64,000 nt of DNA. Source: Octopus vulgaris (lineage: Eukaryota). A program made the position numbers and the translations under genes. How positions within the stretch are numbered: position 1 is the stretch's first letter; each line of letters opens with the position of its first letter. The DNA lies in contig OX597815.1 of assembly GCA_951406725.2 (NCBI GenBank), positions 195,548,001 through 195,612,000 on the forward strand, written 5' to 3'. The notes under the pieces are model-generated. The model worked only from the letters and a program-made list of their open reading frames with translations, ran no database searches and was not told where the DNA came from. This document shows positions 11,441 to 25,429 of this stretch, in pieces.

Positions 11441-11552
11441 ACTACTACTAATAATAATATATCATAAGAATATGTGTATGCATATATATATATTGGGAGA
11501 AAGTATGAGAATGAAAGAGAAAGTTATTCACAAGGCAAACTTAACTATCTAT

Positions 11553-11606
<54 letters not shown>

Positions 11607-11612
<6 letters not shown>

Positions 11613-12281
11613 CTATGGTTGCAGAACAAACAGATACAAGATCATCCACGTAACATTTCATATCTCGAACATTTAATCATAGACCTGGTTAAGGAGGTCT
11701 CGCCCTGGTACGTGATGTCTGTCTCTCTATTTTTTCCCCTGACGAAGGAGTTATTATTGTGATGCACCCTCGTGCATTAAATACAGTAATGTACCCCTGA
11801 AATGGCCATAGGGAATGTAAATATGGTTTCTTCTTTTTTGCTTGGACACTGGCTTTTAACTATAGGTTTCCCTTATCTGAAAAGTAATTTTTAAGGAAAA
11901 AAAAAATTTGTAAACGATGAACTTTTATCTTACCTTATATATTATATATTACTTATTTTTATGCTTCCTATATATATGTATCTTTATATATTTTTATATA
12001 TCTATATATTCATATATTAATTTATATTTTTGCGTAGTTATTACTCTAGGTGTTGTAATGTTTTTTAAAAGAGATATATATTTCTTAATTGCTAAAGTAT
12101 TAACTTTTAACCGTGATGAACTGTATTCACACATTTTTCTCGCATTTTTTTATTTTCTTATATGCTTGCACTGATGAGTTATGTTTCATCTTCCGTGATG
12201 TTATATATGATTAAATGTTCGAGATATGAAATGTTACGTGGATGACCTTGTATGTGTTTGTTCTGCAACCATAGTTTAATA
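11607..12281. repeat. Element with ~75-bp inverted termini (Penelope-like)
   Basis: ATTAAACTATGGTTGCAGAACAAAC...CATTTAATCATA at 11607-11682 inverted at ~12207-12281; CTGATGAG at ~12171. Confidence 0.7.
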
Positions 12282-12364
12282 TATTTGTCTCATTTAATTG
12301 AGCACTTCTATAGCAGTCCTATTAAACATTTTGTTCCTGATAAGAAACAATCACTGTGTTATTG

Positions 12365-12418
<54 letters not shown>

Positions 12419-12708
12419 ATATATATATGATTTTGATTTTTGATTTTTCCAGTTTCAGCTAATGAGCTGTGGCTATGCTGGAGCACCGCCATTTTGCTGG
12501 GGCAATAAATATTTATAATTATGAGTATAATTATAATTAGGGTTCAGCAAATCATTTGGTTCACCACATACCGAAATTTAGAAATAGCAATTAAAACAAG
12601 CTATTTCTCTACCATAAGAAAATCACCCAGACAACAATATCGTTGTCTGAGTTAGGCATTTCTATATACAAAAAATATTAAATACATTGAATAAAGAAAA
12701 ACTGCACA

Positions 12709-13105
12709 AGGCGCAGGAGTGGCTGTGTGGTAAGTAGCTTGTTTATCAACCACATGGTTCCGGGTTCAGTCCCACTGCGTGGCACCTTGGGCAAGTGTCT
12801 TTTGCTATAGCCTCGGGCCGACCAAAGCCTTGTGAGTGGATTTGGTAGTCGGAAACTGAAGGAAGCCCGTCGTATGTATGTATATATATATATATATCCG
12901 TGTGTGTGTTTATGAGTCTGTGTTTGTCCCCCTAGCATTCCTTGACAACCGATGCTGGTGTGTTTATGTCCCCGTTACTTAGCGTTTCGGCAAAAGAGAT
13001 CGATAGAATAAGTACTGGGCTTACAAAAGAATAAGTCCCGGGGTCGAGTTGCTCGATTAAAGGCGGTGCTCCAGCATGGCCACAGTCAAATGACTGAAAC
13101 TAATA
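12709..13105 (+). mobile_element. tRNA-derived SINE family A
   Basis: Full head to tail, homologous to other family A copies. Confidence 0.92.
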
Positions 13106-13524
13106 AAAAAAAAATTAAAAAAAAAAAAAATGTCTAAATACTAATCGGTTCAAATTACACAGAATAAAAATGATATCAAGCATTAAAGGGTTTGAAGAAG
13201 GGTATTACAAATCCGACTGCTGTCCTATAAGAAAAGATACGTATTACAAATCAGATTTGTAATACTGTTCTTTTATAGGTATTACTTGTAATACAATTCT
13301 TTTAATATTGTTATAATTTCTATTCTTGTATTTTTGTATGTAAACATGTATACTTTGTTTTTGTATTTCATATATTAAATATTCTTTGAATATCAGCCTG
13401 CCGAACTTCCTTATCCTAACATTCACTCTTCTACCCGCTAAAGTTTAAACCTCCTAAGCATTGGCAAGAGTATTCTATACGGAGAATAACGATTCTTATT
13501 TATGAGCTATATATATATATATAT

Positions 13525-13900
13525 TCTTTTACCCTTTTATTTGGTTCAGTCAGTTGAGAAAATCGACCCCAGGACTTATTCTTTGTAAGCCTAGTACTTA
13601 TTCTATCGGTATCTTTTGCTGGACCGCTAATTTTCGGGGACGTAAACACACCAGCATCGGTTGTCAAGCGAGGTTAGGGGGACAAACACAGACACGCAAA
13701 CATATACACACACATACATATATATATATATGTATATATACGACGGACTTCTTTCAGTTTCCGCCAACCAAATCCACTCAGAAGTCTTTGGTCGTCCCGA
13801 AGCTAAAGTAGAAGACACTTGCCCAAGGTTCCAAGCAGTGGGACTGAAACCGGAACTATGTGGTTGGTAAGCAAGCTACTTACCACACAGCCACTCCAAC
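13525..13900 (-). mobile_element. tRNA-derived SINE family A (diverged)
   Basis: Homology to family A with a small deletion near the tail. Confidence 0.88.
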
Positions 13901-13903
13901 GTC

Positions 13904-13958
<55 letters not shown>

Positions 13959-15240
13959 GCATGTATGTAGTATATTTATATATTTGGATGAGAAAGTCAT
14001 ACACAACACGCCACACACTTAATTATCAGTCAATGCATACGGCTCTTATGGGTACACACATATACATGCACAGCAAAGTTTTGCTGGATCACAGATTTAT
14101 TTTACTCTACATTAATTCTTGCTGGTAATTTGGGGAAATTTGGTATAATACATTTGTATCCTGGGACGTAGATGTATGGTGTGCTTTGTTTCATTAGATG
14201 TTTTATAGAGTGGTTCATTTTCCACGATGTAATTTGAACCTTCGAGCAAAACGTACTGAGACTTATATTTTGCGACTAACATTTACTAACACACGCACGG
14301 AAGTCGCTAAAGCATATTTTAAACTTAAATTCAATTATACATGACAAAGAAACATTTCTCAATAAAGTGTTCCATGATAAATATTTTTTCTAATCTTCAT
14401 ACTTTTATAAAATAAAGGTGGTGGCTTATAACAGGTCATTACACTCTGTAAAACTGTATATATGATAACCTGGAAATTCCAACTACTATTTCACAGCGTA
14501 CGTCATTTCAGCACATAATATGACAATTAGCATTGCGAAGCGTATTTTAAAGCCGTTTGCCTGAAAGGCCTCACTAGTACGAGTAGCATACGGTGAAAAA
14601 AACACTTTGTAATGAGCTATTTAGCGAAGACATAATACCATCTTAAATCGGACATATTACTGAATATAAATAGCAAATGAGGAAATAATTACGTAATAAA
14701 TATGAAATATTGACTGGGAAAGAAATATAAGATTGTAAACAACTGAAATACGGATAAACAAGTAGAAATTATTTTGCTTATAAGAATATTTTAATAAAAT
14801 TCCGAAGTATGTTCCCTGAAGCACAACAGTTTCCATGTTTCGTGTATTGGTAAACTTTCAATGAGAAAATGTACTTCCTTATCAGCATATGTACTCACAG
14901 TTTTATCCTATCATTAAGAAATTCACTCGCTAACGTTAATTACGCACGAAGTAGCACACTTCAGGAATTTCAACTAATTTAAATCTCTTGAAGTTAGATT
15001 TGCTATCGCTTATCTTTTATTATAGGAAATTAACTTGTGCTTTTCTGTGTATGTATGTGTAAATGTAGATGGGTGTAGATCTTGTGTGTGCGTGTCGGTG
15101 TTTTGTGTGTAGGCGTTTGAAGGTTTTTATGTGTGTATACATGTGTGCGTTAGTTGGTCAAATTTGGAAGGCAAATTATATGCTTATGTAACAAAAGCAT
15201 GTACCTACTACATTTTGATGTTTCGACAATGGTAAATATT

Positions 15241-15657
15241 TATTTCTTTACTGTCCACAAGGGGCTAAACACAGAGAGGACAAACAAGGACAGACAAACG
15301 GATTAAGTCGATTATATAGACCCCTGTGCGTAACTGGTACTTGATTTATCGACCCCAAAAGGATGAATGGCAAAGTCGACCTCGGTGGAATTTGAACTCA
15401 GAAAGTAGCGGCAAACGAAATATCTATTTCTTTTCTACCCACAAGGGGCTAAACACAGAGGGGACAAACAAGGACAGACAAACGGATTAAGTTGATTACA
15501 TCGACCCCAGTGCGTAACTGGTACTTATTTATTCGACCCCGAAAGGATGAAAGGCAAAGTCGACCTCGGCGGAATTTGAACTCTGAACGTAGCTGCAGAC
15601 GAAATACCGCTAAACATTTCGCCCGGCGCGCTAACGTTTCTGCCAGCTCGCCGCCTT
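15241..15657 (-). mobile_element. Tandem SINE family B (full copy plus head-truncated copy)
   Basis: 15425-15657 full; 15241-15420 lacks the head, joined at ACGAAATA. Confidence 0.9.
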
Positions 15658-15864
15658 GGTAAATAATTCTATGAACAAATATTTACAATTGTGGAAAAAT
15701 AACAAATAAATTAAGGAGTGTCTCCTGTGAGAAAATTAGGTGGTGCTTTAAGATATGTGTGATTCATATCGTCACTATGTAGTGGGTGTATGTAAGTACA
15801 AAATGATCCCAGGCTGAATACATTTAGCAAATACGAAATATAGTGTTACAATTATGCCATTTAA

Positions 15865-16750
15865 TACGGGAGAGACTACCGAAAAGTAATCGGAAACATT
15901 TTTCTGTGGGACACATCCCTTGTACTTCAGGCATCCGCCGCAAGGAGCCACTTAATGCAACCTTCAGGCATGAGTATGACGTCCGGCGTTGCCCACTGGA
16001 GTCATACTACCACGTGGTCTTTGTTTTACCGTGCTTTTCCCAGGCTCGTCGATTTTTGCGATGGCAGAAGCGAGGAACACAGTGCTTCCGTGAAATTCTA
16101 TTTTCTGCTGGGGTAATCGGCGTCCAAAACAGTTCTCATACTTCAAACAACTTACAAGACTGCCGCCATTAGCAAAATAATAGTTTACGTATCGTTTTCA
16201 TGCATTAGGAATGGTCACAATCTCGTTCAGGTCTTCCGTCAACCTTTTCATGGAAAAATCCTGAAATTTCATGCACTGATCTTGAAGGACCGTCACCGAA
16301 CAATTGACAAACTTGGTGATATGACAGGTGTGTCCTAGAGCTCCTGACAATGAATTTTGAGCGAGGAAATGCGAATGAAAAGAGTTGCAGCAAAATGTTT
16401 GGCTCGTTTGCTCTCGGAAGATCAAAAGCAGCCATGAATGAATGCGTGTCGTGAACTGAAAGAACAGCTGGAAGTTTATCCGGACTTTTCTTCGAATGTC
16501 ATCACTGGTGATGAAAGCTGGTGTTACTGAATTTACAGATGTGTATGAGGTGAACCAAAAAAAATATAGAGGCATCAAAAGGCATCACTTCCCAAGAGTT
16601 TCAGCACTGATTCTAAAATTCAAAAACACATCTGGGCCGATGCATTGCTTGAAATGCAGAATAATTTGAAGGTGATAAAAGTGTAAACATTGAAAACTAA
16701 TTGCATAAAGTAATATTGCAAAATTCCGGTTTCTTTTGGATAAACCTCGT
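15865..16750 (+). mobile_element. Internally deleted mariner (Tc1/mariner) DNA transposon
   Basis: Degenerate TIRs TA-CGGGAGAGACTACCGAAAAGTAATCGGAA and TTCCGGTTTCTTTTGGATAAACCTCG-TA; ILSEEMRMKRVAAK and NVITGDESWC (first catalytic Asp motif). Confidence 0.8.
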
Positions 16751-16804
16751 ATACCATGTTTACAAATCATTATATTTACAATTTGTTACCTATAGAATTC
16801 CAAA

Positions 16805-16908
16805 ATATACATACATACATACATACATACATACGTACATACGTACATACATACATACATACATACATACATACATACATACATACATAAATACATACAT
16901 ACATACAT
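16805..16908. repeat. (TACA)n microsatellite
   Basis: Directly visible. Confidence 0.95.
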
Positions 16909-16909
16909 G

Positions 16910-17065
16910 CGAAAAAAACAGAAAACGAAGACAGGTGGTGTACAAAACAAACAGATGTATTAGTATAACGCTCAGGAATAGAAAAAATATTTTAAGTTTC
17001 GATCCTACGCTCTTCTACAGAAAGGAACACAGAAAAAACAAGGAGAGAGAAAAATGTGTGTAGTG
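16910..17065 (-). mobile_element. Penelope-like terminal repeat (family of 56582 and 57150 copies)
   Basis: Reverse complement of TTTCTGTAGAAGAGCGTAGGxTCGAAAC...CTACACCACCTGTCTTCG. Confidence 0.7.
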
Positions 17066-17069
17066 GCGA

Positions 17070-17104
<35 letters not shown>

Positions 17105-17824
17105 TGGAAAATATGTGAGAATCTCAGGTGGTGTGTTCATATCCCCGAAACGTAGCGGTTCGGCAAAAGCGGCCGATAGAATAAGTACCTCACTTGTAGT
17201 TCTATTCAGTTTAATTTACTATATTTTAATCTTTTAATAATATAAATTTTACACATAGTTCATCGATCTAGTAAGGTCTTTGTTAACTTGGGTGAGGACA
17301 TTAAAAAAAAATCTTTGTTAACTGTTTTGGAGAACTTTTTCACATTCGTCGTCAAACCGATCTCAGGTTTTGTGGCTTCGTGATTGTACATATATGTCAT
17401 ATGCATGAGTTTGGGGTATGGTTGGGGTCTGTAAATCAGTGTTGGGATGAAAGAATGTGGTTGAATGATATTTGAATAAAAGTAGTGGATGATCAACAAA
17501 AGTTACTTCATTTGGGGTAGTGTTGGTAGGCGGTAGGGCTTTAAAGGAGTGTTTTATGAAGCAATTTGAATAGTTCACATTTGGTCAACAAACTAATAAC
17601 CAGATGTTTTTCCAACTTCTTTCTTTCTGTAATTTCTGTAATTTTCTAAGTTTTAGGTGTGTATCTGGGGTGGTGTTAATGAGGTGTAAGGGAGATGTCA
17701 ATTATTTGTTGATGGAAATGTTTTTTTAATATATATATTTTAGTTTCGGGAAGAGGGAGATCATGCTAGCTCTCATATTTCATTCCCATATAGAGAAGTA
17801 TATATATATCTCATTCTGTCTATC

Positions 17825-17874
<50 letters not shown>

Positions 17875-17896
17875 CGTACACATATACAAGCACGTA

Positions 17897-17948
<52 letters not shown>

Positions 17949-18279
17949 TATATACATGCATATATATGTATACATATATACATATCAATACAAACGTACA
18001 CATACATGCATACATATATATATATATATATGTAAGTAAATACACACATATCTCTCCATACTTGCACACATACATATATTTACACACACACATTGAACTC
18101 TGCTGCACTACGATTTGAGTTCTCTGTGCTCTACGATTTATCGTTATGACTTACTGGAAGGAAGGTGTGTAGCGTGTGATTGTCGCATTGACCGCGACAG
18201 AGAAAGTTGTCAGGACGCTATCTGCTCAGGGGCCGACGCAACGTTGCCGAATGTTTATGGAGCGTGTTGACAAACGTTT

Positions 18280-18820
18280 TGGGAGACCCACACCCGGCAG
18301 AACTGAGAAAAACATTGCAGAAATGCGTGAAGTTTTTTAGAGTTAATCGTTAAATCACCATCTGTGTGTTATCAGAGTATATGCAGATTAGTTACGTTTC
18401 AGTTCAGTTCAATATCACTGAAACTTTAGGTAGGAGACGTGTCTCTGCCATATTTGTACAAAACTGCTTTTCAGCTGACCAAAACAACACTCAAGTTTCA
18501 GCTGCACATGATCTCCTTGATTGCATCAAGAACGATGAAATCGTTTTGTAAGCCTCGGAGCAGGTAGCACCAACAGTTTGGTAAAGTTTTGATGTAGATT
18601 CTCTGCTCAACTCTCTCTCTCTCACGGTAAATGCAACGATCACACGCTACACATATTGCTACAAAGCACTATTGTAAACAGACGTGAGCTAGAACGTTAA
18701 ATCTTAGTTCACATGTACAGCAGAGTACAGGGTCAATTTGTACGAAGCTACTTCACTCTGCATCCTTTAGCTTCGTTACTATGGCAACAATACGAATACT
18801 TATCGATCATCCTTCGCATA
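18280..18820 (+). pseudogene. Mariner transposase fragment (HTH-linker region)
   Basis: GRPTPGRTEKNIAEMREVFRVNR*ITICVLSEYMQISYVSVQFNITETLGRRRVSAIFV resembles mariner GRP..HTH..LGMRRVSAKFVP; TIR-like ACTTATCGATCATCCTTCG near 18800-18818. Confidence 0.7.
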
Positions 18821-18998
18821 TATAATGACAAGTGTTGTTAATGTCCTGTTATTTGCATTTGTATTTGAGTACCATTTCTCCTTTCTTTTCTGTCTTTGTT
18901 TTCGTATACATTCGCTGTTTTCTTCCAAGGAATCTAGTGCACTTAGCTTTGCTTTTCCTTGGGCTGGCCAGATTGGAGCGATCTCCAGTATAACCAGC

Positions 18999-19059
<61 letters not shown>

Positions 19060-19089
19060 TATGTATACATACATAGACATATACATATG

Positions 19090-19149
<60 letters not shown>

Positions 19150-19217
19150 TCCTTAAATCCTAAAAAATGTTTTAGCCCGAAGGCCGCGGCCGAGACCTCG
19201 ATATTATGTCGATAGAG

Positions 19218-19275
<58 letters not shown>

Positions 19276-19861
19276 AGGAGTTGAATGAATTATCTCGTTA
19301 TAGATAATTCGGTTAACCGATACCTGGGTAGCAAAATCATATCAGAGAAAACACGTTTGAAGTTACGTGTGGAAACTTGTATGTGTAGTCGTTGAGTTTA
19401 AATACGTGTCTTTCAGTTTGTGCGTTTACATCTGACACTCTACGTGACTCTTGCATCGGTAAACACGAAGCAATAAAACGCATCGCTGCGCACAAGGATT
19501 GGACATATTTTATTCATGCGAACGAACAATACCTATCCAGAAATATATTTAATATGTAAAGAATTCTAATGGCAGTGAAATAAAAGTAGGTTAGGTAGTT
19601 AGCTCCTTATTACATTAACAACAATTCCGCCAATCACCTGCCTCCTATTTACGCATACACACGCACATATACCCAAGCAGATACGGACACAAAAGCGCTC
19701 ACGATAAGTATATACCAATGCATAAATGAGAACAGGATTTGCATAGGTGCAGGAGTGGCTGCGTGCTATGTGGTTTGATTTCCAACCACAAGAATCCGGG
19801 TTCAGCAGCACTGCGTCTTCTATCACACCACGAGTCGACCAAATACTTGTGGGTAGAATTA

Positions 19862-19923
<62 letters not shown>

Positions 19924-20032
19924 GTGTGTGTGTGAGTGTGTAAAATAAAAATGATATATGTATATATGCATATATACATACGTATACGTACATGCTACAT
20001 ATATATGTATATATGCATGCATATATGGATAC

Positions 20033-20423
20033 CTATTTCTTTAGTATCCACAAGGGACAAACAAAGGGATTAAGTCGATTACATTGACCTCAGTGCGTAA
20101 CTGGTATTTAATTTATCGACCCCGAAAGAATGAAAGGCAAAGTCGATCTCGGCGGAATTTGAACTCAGAACGTAGCGGCAGACGAAATACCTATTTCTTT
20201 ATTACCCACAAGGAGCTAAACACATAGGGGACAAACAAGGACAGACATAGGTATTGAGTCGATTACATCGACACCAGAGCGTAACTGGTACTTAATTTAT
20301 CGACCCCAAAAGGATGACAGGCAAAGTCGACCTCGGCGGAATTTGAACTCGCGACGTAACGCAGACGAAATACCGCTAAGCATTTTGTCCAGCGTTTTAA
20401 CGATTCCGCCAGTTCGCCGCCTT
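20033..20423 (-). mobile_element. Tandem SINE family B pair
   Basis: Two head-to-tail copies; the paralogous site at 29924-30146 has one. Confidence 0.88.
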
Positions 20424-20639
20424 ATGCCCTATGAATACAGATTCATAAAAAAGATGGAAAGAAAATAATTTAAGGCATTTTTTTCCGTGTGAAGAATAGT
20501 AAAATCGAATAGTAAGGTCGAATACTAAAATAAAATATGCGTCACATATATATATATATGAAAACACAAACGTATTAATCACATATGCCAGGTTCAGGCA
20601 AACGCTTGTACGTACTTCAATCTTATTAATATTTCCAAG

Positions 20640-21620
20640 AATTTCCATGCAAAAAGCCTTTATTCATCACAATATGTCCCATGATTTTCTGTTGCCTCTG
20701 CGAGAAAGCTCAGGTCCGCGCTTAAAGCGTAAGGCAGGCTCTAAGACAAACACATCGTTTAACTTCCGTCAAGCAAGAAATGTGCCTTGTCTCGGAAAAG
20801 GTGATAATCTAATTGTGCAAGGTCTGTACTTAAGCCAAAGTGGAACGATGCTTCCAGCACCTCACGTTCCTCAAATTTTCGGTCACATATGCATTTGGTG
20901 TATGGGCATTTTCATGCTATACTGTTGCAGGTCTCCGATTGATCAGTGCCGAGCATTGGGCTTTGAAAGCATCATGAATTCGTTGCTGTCGTAGGGAATG
21001 AAATTTGCTGTTCTCAACATGACAAACTGTGACAAGCCTGAAGTATCAGCAGCACCTTCAGATTTCATCAAACACATACGATAAACTTCAGGTCAAACCG
21101 CTCTTATTTGAAAACAGATTCTGAACTGTGGTCGGAACGAAACCGCTGATTCCTTTTATGAGGAATGGGAAAATTCATTGATTTTTCATCCTCAGTTACA
21201 AGTCGAGGCAAAACCCAGGGGTGCCGAAGATTTCTCAGCAGTTGTTTGCAAAAGTTCATACGTCTGGTTAAGCCTGGTCATTCTCGACAGCGTCTGTTCA
21301 TAAGGCCGAGTTTGATGATGCTTTGTGACGGACCAAGTTCTGCGGACGATGTATGAGCGCCTGTGTTCTGCTGTTGATCAGTCATTTCAAGCAGAGCCTT
21401 ATGTTTCACAACAGGAGATCTATGTTATAATAGAGTTGTCTACGGGACTAGAATTACTTTCCTTGAAACATCTGAAGCAGATTTGTGCCACACGTTGGTT
21501 GACAATATCTGAGTCTTTCACAATACTAATTACTTGTGCTAATGCGGTTGCATTTAGTCCTTTTATCTACAAGTAGCGTTAAATGGGTCTAATGCCATTT
21601 TCTTTCACTGCTCATTATCT
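20640..21620 (-). pseudogene. Mariner transposase pseudogene, near full length
   Basis: Minus strand with frameshifts/stops: GLNATALAQVISIVKDSDIVNQRVAQICFRCFKES (HTH), RLVTEDEKS (TGDEKW), SALINRRPATV*HENAHTP (HDNARPH), LSTDLAQLDYHLFRDKAHFL (YSPDLAPSDYHLF). Confidence 0.88.
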
Positions 21621-21869
21621 AAGTGATAAAATAAAGAACGAACAATTGAGCTATGTTGTATCACGTTAATATCATTGAGCAGGTTGTATTAAGTTAATAT
21701 CATAATATGGAGATAAAAGTGGCCAAAAAATCAACAGTGAACAACTTGTTATATCTATTTATATGTGTGTGTGTATACGTGTGTTTATGTATGTGTCTGT
21801 GTGTGTGTGAAAGAGAGAGAGAGAAATTAAATTGTGATGAACTAAATCGTTAGAACATTTACATTATTT

Positions 21870-22810
21870 ATATTTAATGAATTCAAATAATTTGTTACAG
21901 GATAAAGACCAAATTGATTTTTCACTATCAACGAATCTACGCTTCCTAGTGTGAATACATTTCCAGGAAGCTCACCACTTGTTTCATCGCTTAGCTTTCT
22001 GTTAGGGCGGTAACCATGATGCGAAGTTAATCTTGTTTGCAGAAGCTAAAACAAGATGAAATATTCAGAAACTAAGAGTGTCAAAATATTTTGTTTTCTA
22101 TATATACAGCCATTCTCTGAACACGGTGTCGAATTTGATCTTCAGAATCGGATAATTGATATTGCATGTAAAGCGGTGCATTAGTAACGACATATATAAA
22201 TTATAAATTCTATAAACTACTCTGTGAATTCTGTGTATGGAAAGATCTCAAGAAACTGTTACGCTATTTGCTTTAATGCTTCACATTTCCAGCACGCAAT
22301 GAACTTCCAAAGATTTCTTCTGAAATATATTCTTTTGGTGAATCGTTTATAGACAAATTATGTAATTCATCTGGGTAATTTGCTATTTTTCAAATACAAA
22401 TTAAACTGGATTTGCAGCAAATAGTGAACTTAGGTTTAGCCAATGCTTCTTTGATGTTTCCTTGCATATAATGTATTAGACAGAAAAAAATGGTATCTCA
22501 TGATCATTAAAAGAAGATTTTGCCGAGTTAGGTTCACAGCTGTTTGTAGCACAGAATCTATATCTCGCTCTTATGTGTCGTTCATCATCCGCCTTTACCT
22601 CCTTTGATAATGTTATTCCGAGCTATGAGCTGAAGTCTTCATTCTTGAGAAGGGCGTTTGTATACATAAAGAAGCTACTCATAACTCTTGTTATGAAATC
22701 TATTCTCGTTGTCCTTGAGAAAGTTATTGTGCTGCATTATGTTTCTCAGTATATTGAGCCATAATCGCAGGTATTGATATATCAGTTTTGTATTTTCTTT
22801 TAAATGCGTG
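21870..22810 (-). pseudogene. Internally deleted Helitron coding relic (N-terminal Cys-rich region fused to Pif1 helicase segment)
   Basis: KFTICCKS..NYPDELHNL..HRIHRVVYR..NAPLYMQYQLSDSEDQIRHR resembles the Helitron N-terminal CC..G/FRIHGQVYH/PxYAQLY motifs; ELPGNVFTLGSVDS..LYPVTNYLNSLN resembles Pif1 LPG..Y.S.DS..YPVEFLNSL. Confidence 0.7.
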
Positions 22811-22821
22811 GGTTTTTTCTA

Positions 22822-22879
<58 letters not shown>

Positions 22880-23686
22880 TAAAAACGGTAAGATAACAAA
22901 AGAAAGAAAGAGACCTCAATCTTATGTAAATAGAGGAAATTTATCTATAAAATAATATGTTACAATTACTCAATAGTCAAATTTTTGTTACGTTTTTGGT
23001 CCCCTCAAGAAAACAGATAGAACTTGCCTTCTATATTATGTCCTAAAAAGTTTTTTTATCTCATTATACCTTTTATTATTTCATATATTTTTATATTTTC
23101 ACACATAATAATTTTTTCTGTATTCTTCCATCCTGCATTTTCTCCTGTACCTATATAGATGTGTATATAGATTCATTTGTACACGTGTGTGAATATGTAT
23201 GAGTGGGCAGTTTTAGATGTGTGCATGTGTGCGGGCACAAGAATGCATATATATATAGACGTTTTTACTCAGTATTTAAAAAATTATTTTTGGGGCATAT
23301 GTATATTCATTTTTTGTGTATGCGTGTGTGTGTATGCATATATAAACATGTCCGAGTATGTACATATATGGGCGTTTGGGAGTATGAGTGCCTAAGGGCA
23401 TGACTGTATATGAACGAGGTTTTTACGCTTTGTATAATTCCTTATGTTTTTTCTGTTACCTTTTACATATGTATTATATATTCGTATATGTCGTTATTTT
23501 ATAGGTTTTGTATACTTCAGTTCAATAACAATAAACCTAATAAAATTCTTGACACAGGCTGTAACTTCAAATCGACGTGTAATAAACATGGCGAAATTTT
23601 GACTTCCTAGTTTCGCTTAAATACGTATATACAAAAGGGAGGAGAGGGAGACAGGGAAAGAGAGTGAGGGAGAGAGGGACAGATAC

Positions 23687-23757
<71 letters not shown>

Positions 23758-24151
23758 GATAAATTTAGACAAAGAGTGACAATGCCATAAAAAGACAGAG
23801 AAAGATACACACAAAAGGTGTGTGTTTTTTTGTACGCATGCGTGCACGCGTGTGTAGGGTGTGTTTGTGTGGTGCGTGTATGTGCGAGTGTGTGCTTGTG
23901 TGTGTTTGTGTGTGTGTGCTTGTGTGTGTTTGTGTGTGTTTGTATGTATGTGTGTGTTTGTGTGCGTGTGTGTTTGTGACGGTGTGGAAATAAATGGAAA
24001 TATACCTATTATATATATTTTATTATTTTTGTAATTTACTTAATCGCTACTTTTTAATTGTTATTTTAATTTTAACTTGTCTATTATATGTAATTTTCTA
24101 GATGGTGTAATTTAATTATTCATTTGGAATTGATAAAAGGTGTTTTCTTTC

Positions 24152-24221
<70 letters not shown>

Positions 24222-24300
24222 GTGGAATTTGAATTAGTTTTTCTAAATTGAAATCTTTTTCCTTGTAAGTTTGGATTTTATTCCCTCAAATAATAATTAT

Positions 24301-24685
24301 ACGGAAGCACTCCGTCGGTTACGACAGCGAGGGTTCCGGTTGATCCGAATCAACGGAACAGCCTGCTCGTGAAATTAACGTGTAAGTGGCTGAGCACTCC
24401 ACAGACACGTGTACCCTTAACGTAGTTCTCGAGGATATTCAGCGTGACACAGGGAGAGACAAGGCCGGCCCTTTGAAATACAGGTACAACAGAAACAGGA
24501 AGTAAGAGTGAGAGAAAGTTGTAGTGAAAGAGTACAGCAGGGATCGCCACCAACCCTGCCGGAGCCTCGTGGAACTTTAGGTGTTTTCGCTCAATAAACA
24601 CTCATAACGCCCGGTCAGGGAATCGAAATCGCGATCCTATGACGGCGAGTCCGCTGCCCTAACCACTGGGCCATTGCGCCTCCAC
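24301..24685 (-). mobile_element. tRNA-derived SINE family C with 9-bp target-site duplication
   Basis: Head GGAGGCGCAATGGCCCAGTGGTTAGGGCAGCGG..GATTTCGATTCC; flanked by AATAATTAT direct repeats (24292-24300, 24686-24694); paralogous site near 34905 is empty. Confidence 0.88.
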
Positions 24686-24687
24686 AA

Positions 24688-24790
<103 letters not shown>

Positions 24791-24791
24791 G

Positions 24792-24822
<31 letters not shown>

Positions 24823-25429
24823 TTGTGTGTGTGTGATTATCGTGTGTATGAGCTTGCGTATATCAGGTCACTTGTGAGATCTGTCATGAGTGTTACTAAT
24901 AACGGGGAATCTAGCATTCAATATGGTTCATAGGCGGATCAGCGATGTCTGCACTGACAACCCCACTAGATTTGCTTTATGAGAAGTGTTAGTAGGAACC
25001 TAGCAGTAATAAATTCAAGTCCTGTCTAAAAGACGGATAAGCCTCCTGTAAATTCAAGTAATATCAAGCAATAGCACGGACACTCTAAAAAGCCTGGAAA
25101 CTACTGGGAATGTGGGACTCACTCAGCTTTTTGTAAAGTAATGTTTCTTTGATAAATTCACTCAGATATTAAGCCAGAGGTACAGGGAATGGAATAGAAC
25201 TTTTTGGATATCACTTACTAGGGCTTGAGATCACATTCCTGAGCCTGAAACCTATATAGGCACAGCATATCTTGACCTGACCTCTCTGGATCCTATCAAC
25301 GTGGTAGAGAAGTCGTGTCTGCTCTATAGCAAGACCTCTGTAGCCTGAAATTATAAGTGGTGCATTCGCCGGCGAGGCGACATTCAGTTGCTTACTCGAA
25401 CATGTGGCCATATCAGCGATCATGTATGT

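Noticed and set aside
17220-17740. Possible PLE coding remnant on the minus strand
   Set aside because: No diagnostic RT or GIY-YIG motif recognised.
20647-21576. Plus-strand ORFs repeated at 30326-31456, resembling a duplicated gene
   Set aside because: They are the antisense of a degraded mariner transposase.
22573-22764. Repeated plus-strand ORF MCRSSSAFTSFDNV (also 25941, 36327)
   Set aside because: Antisense of the Helitron relic; stops and frameshifts differ among copies.
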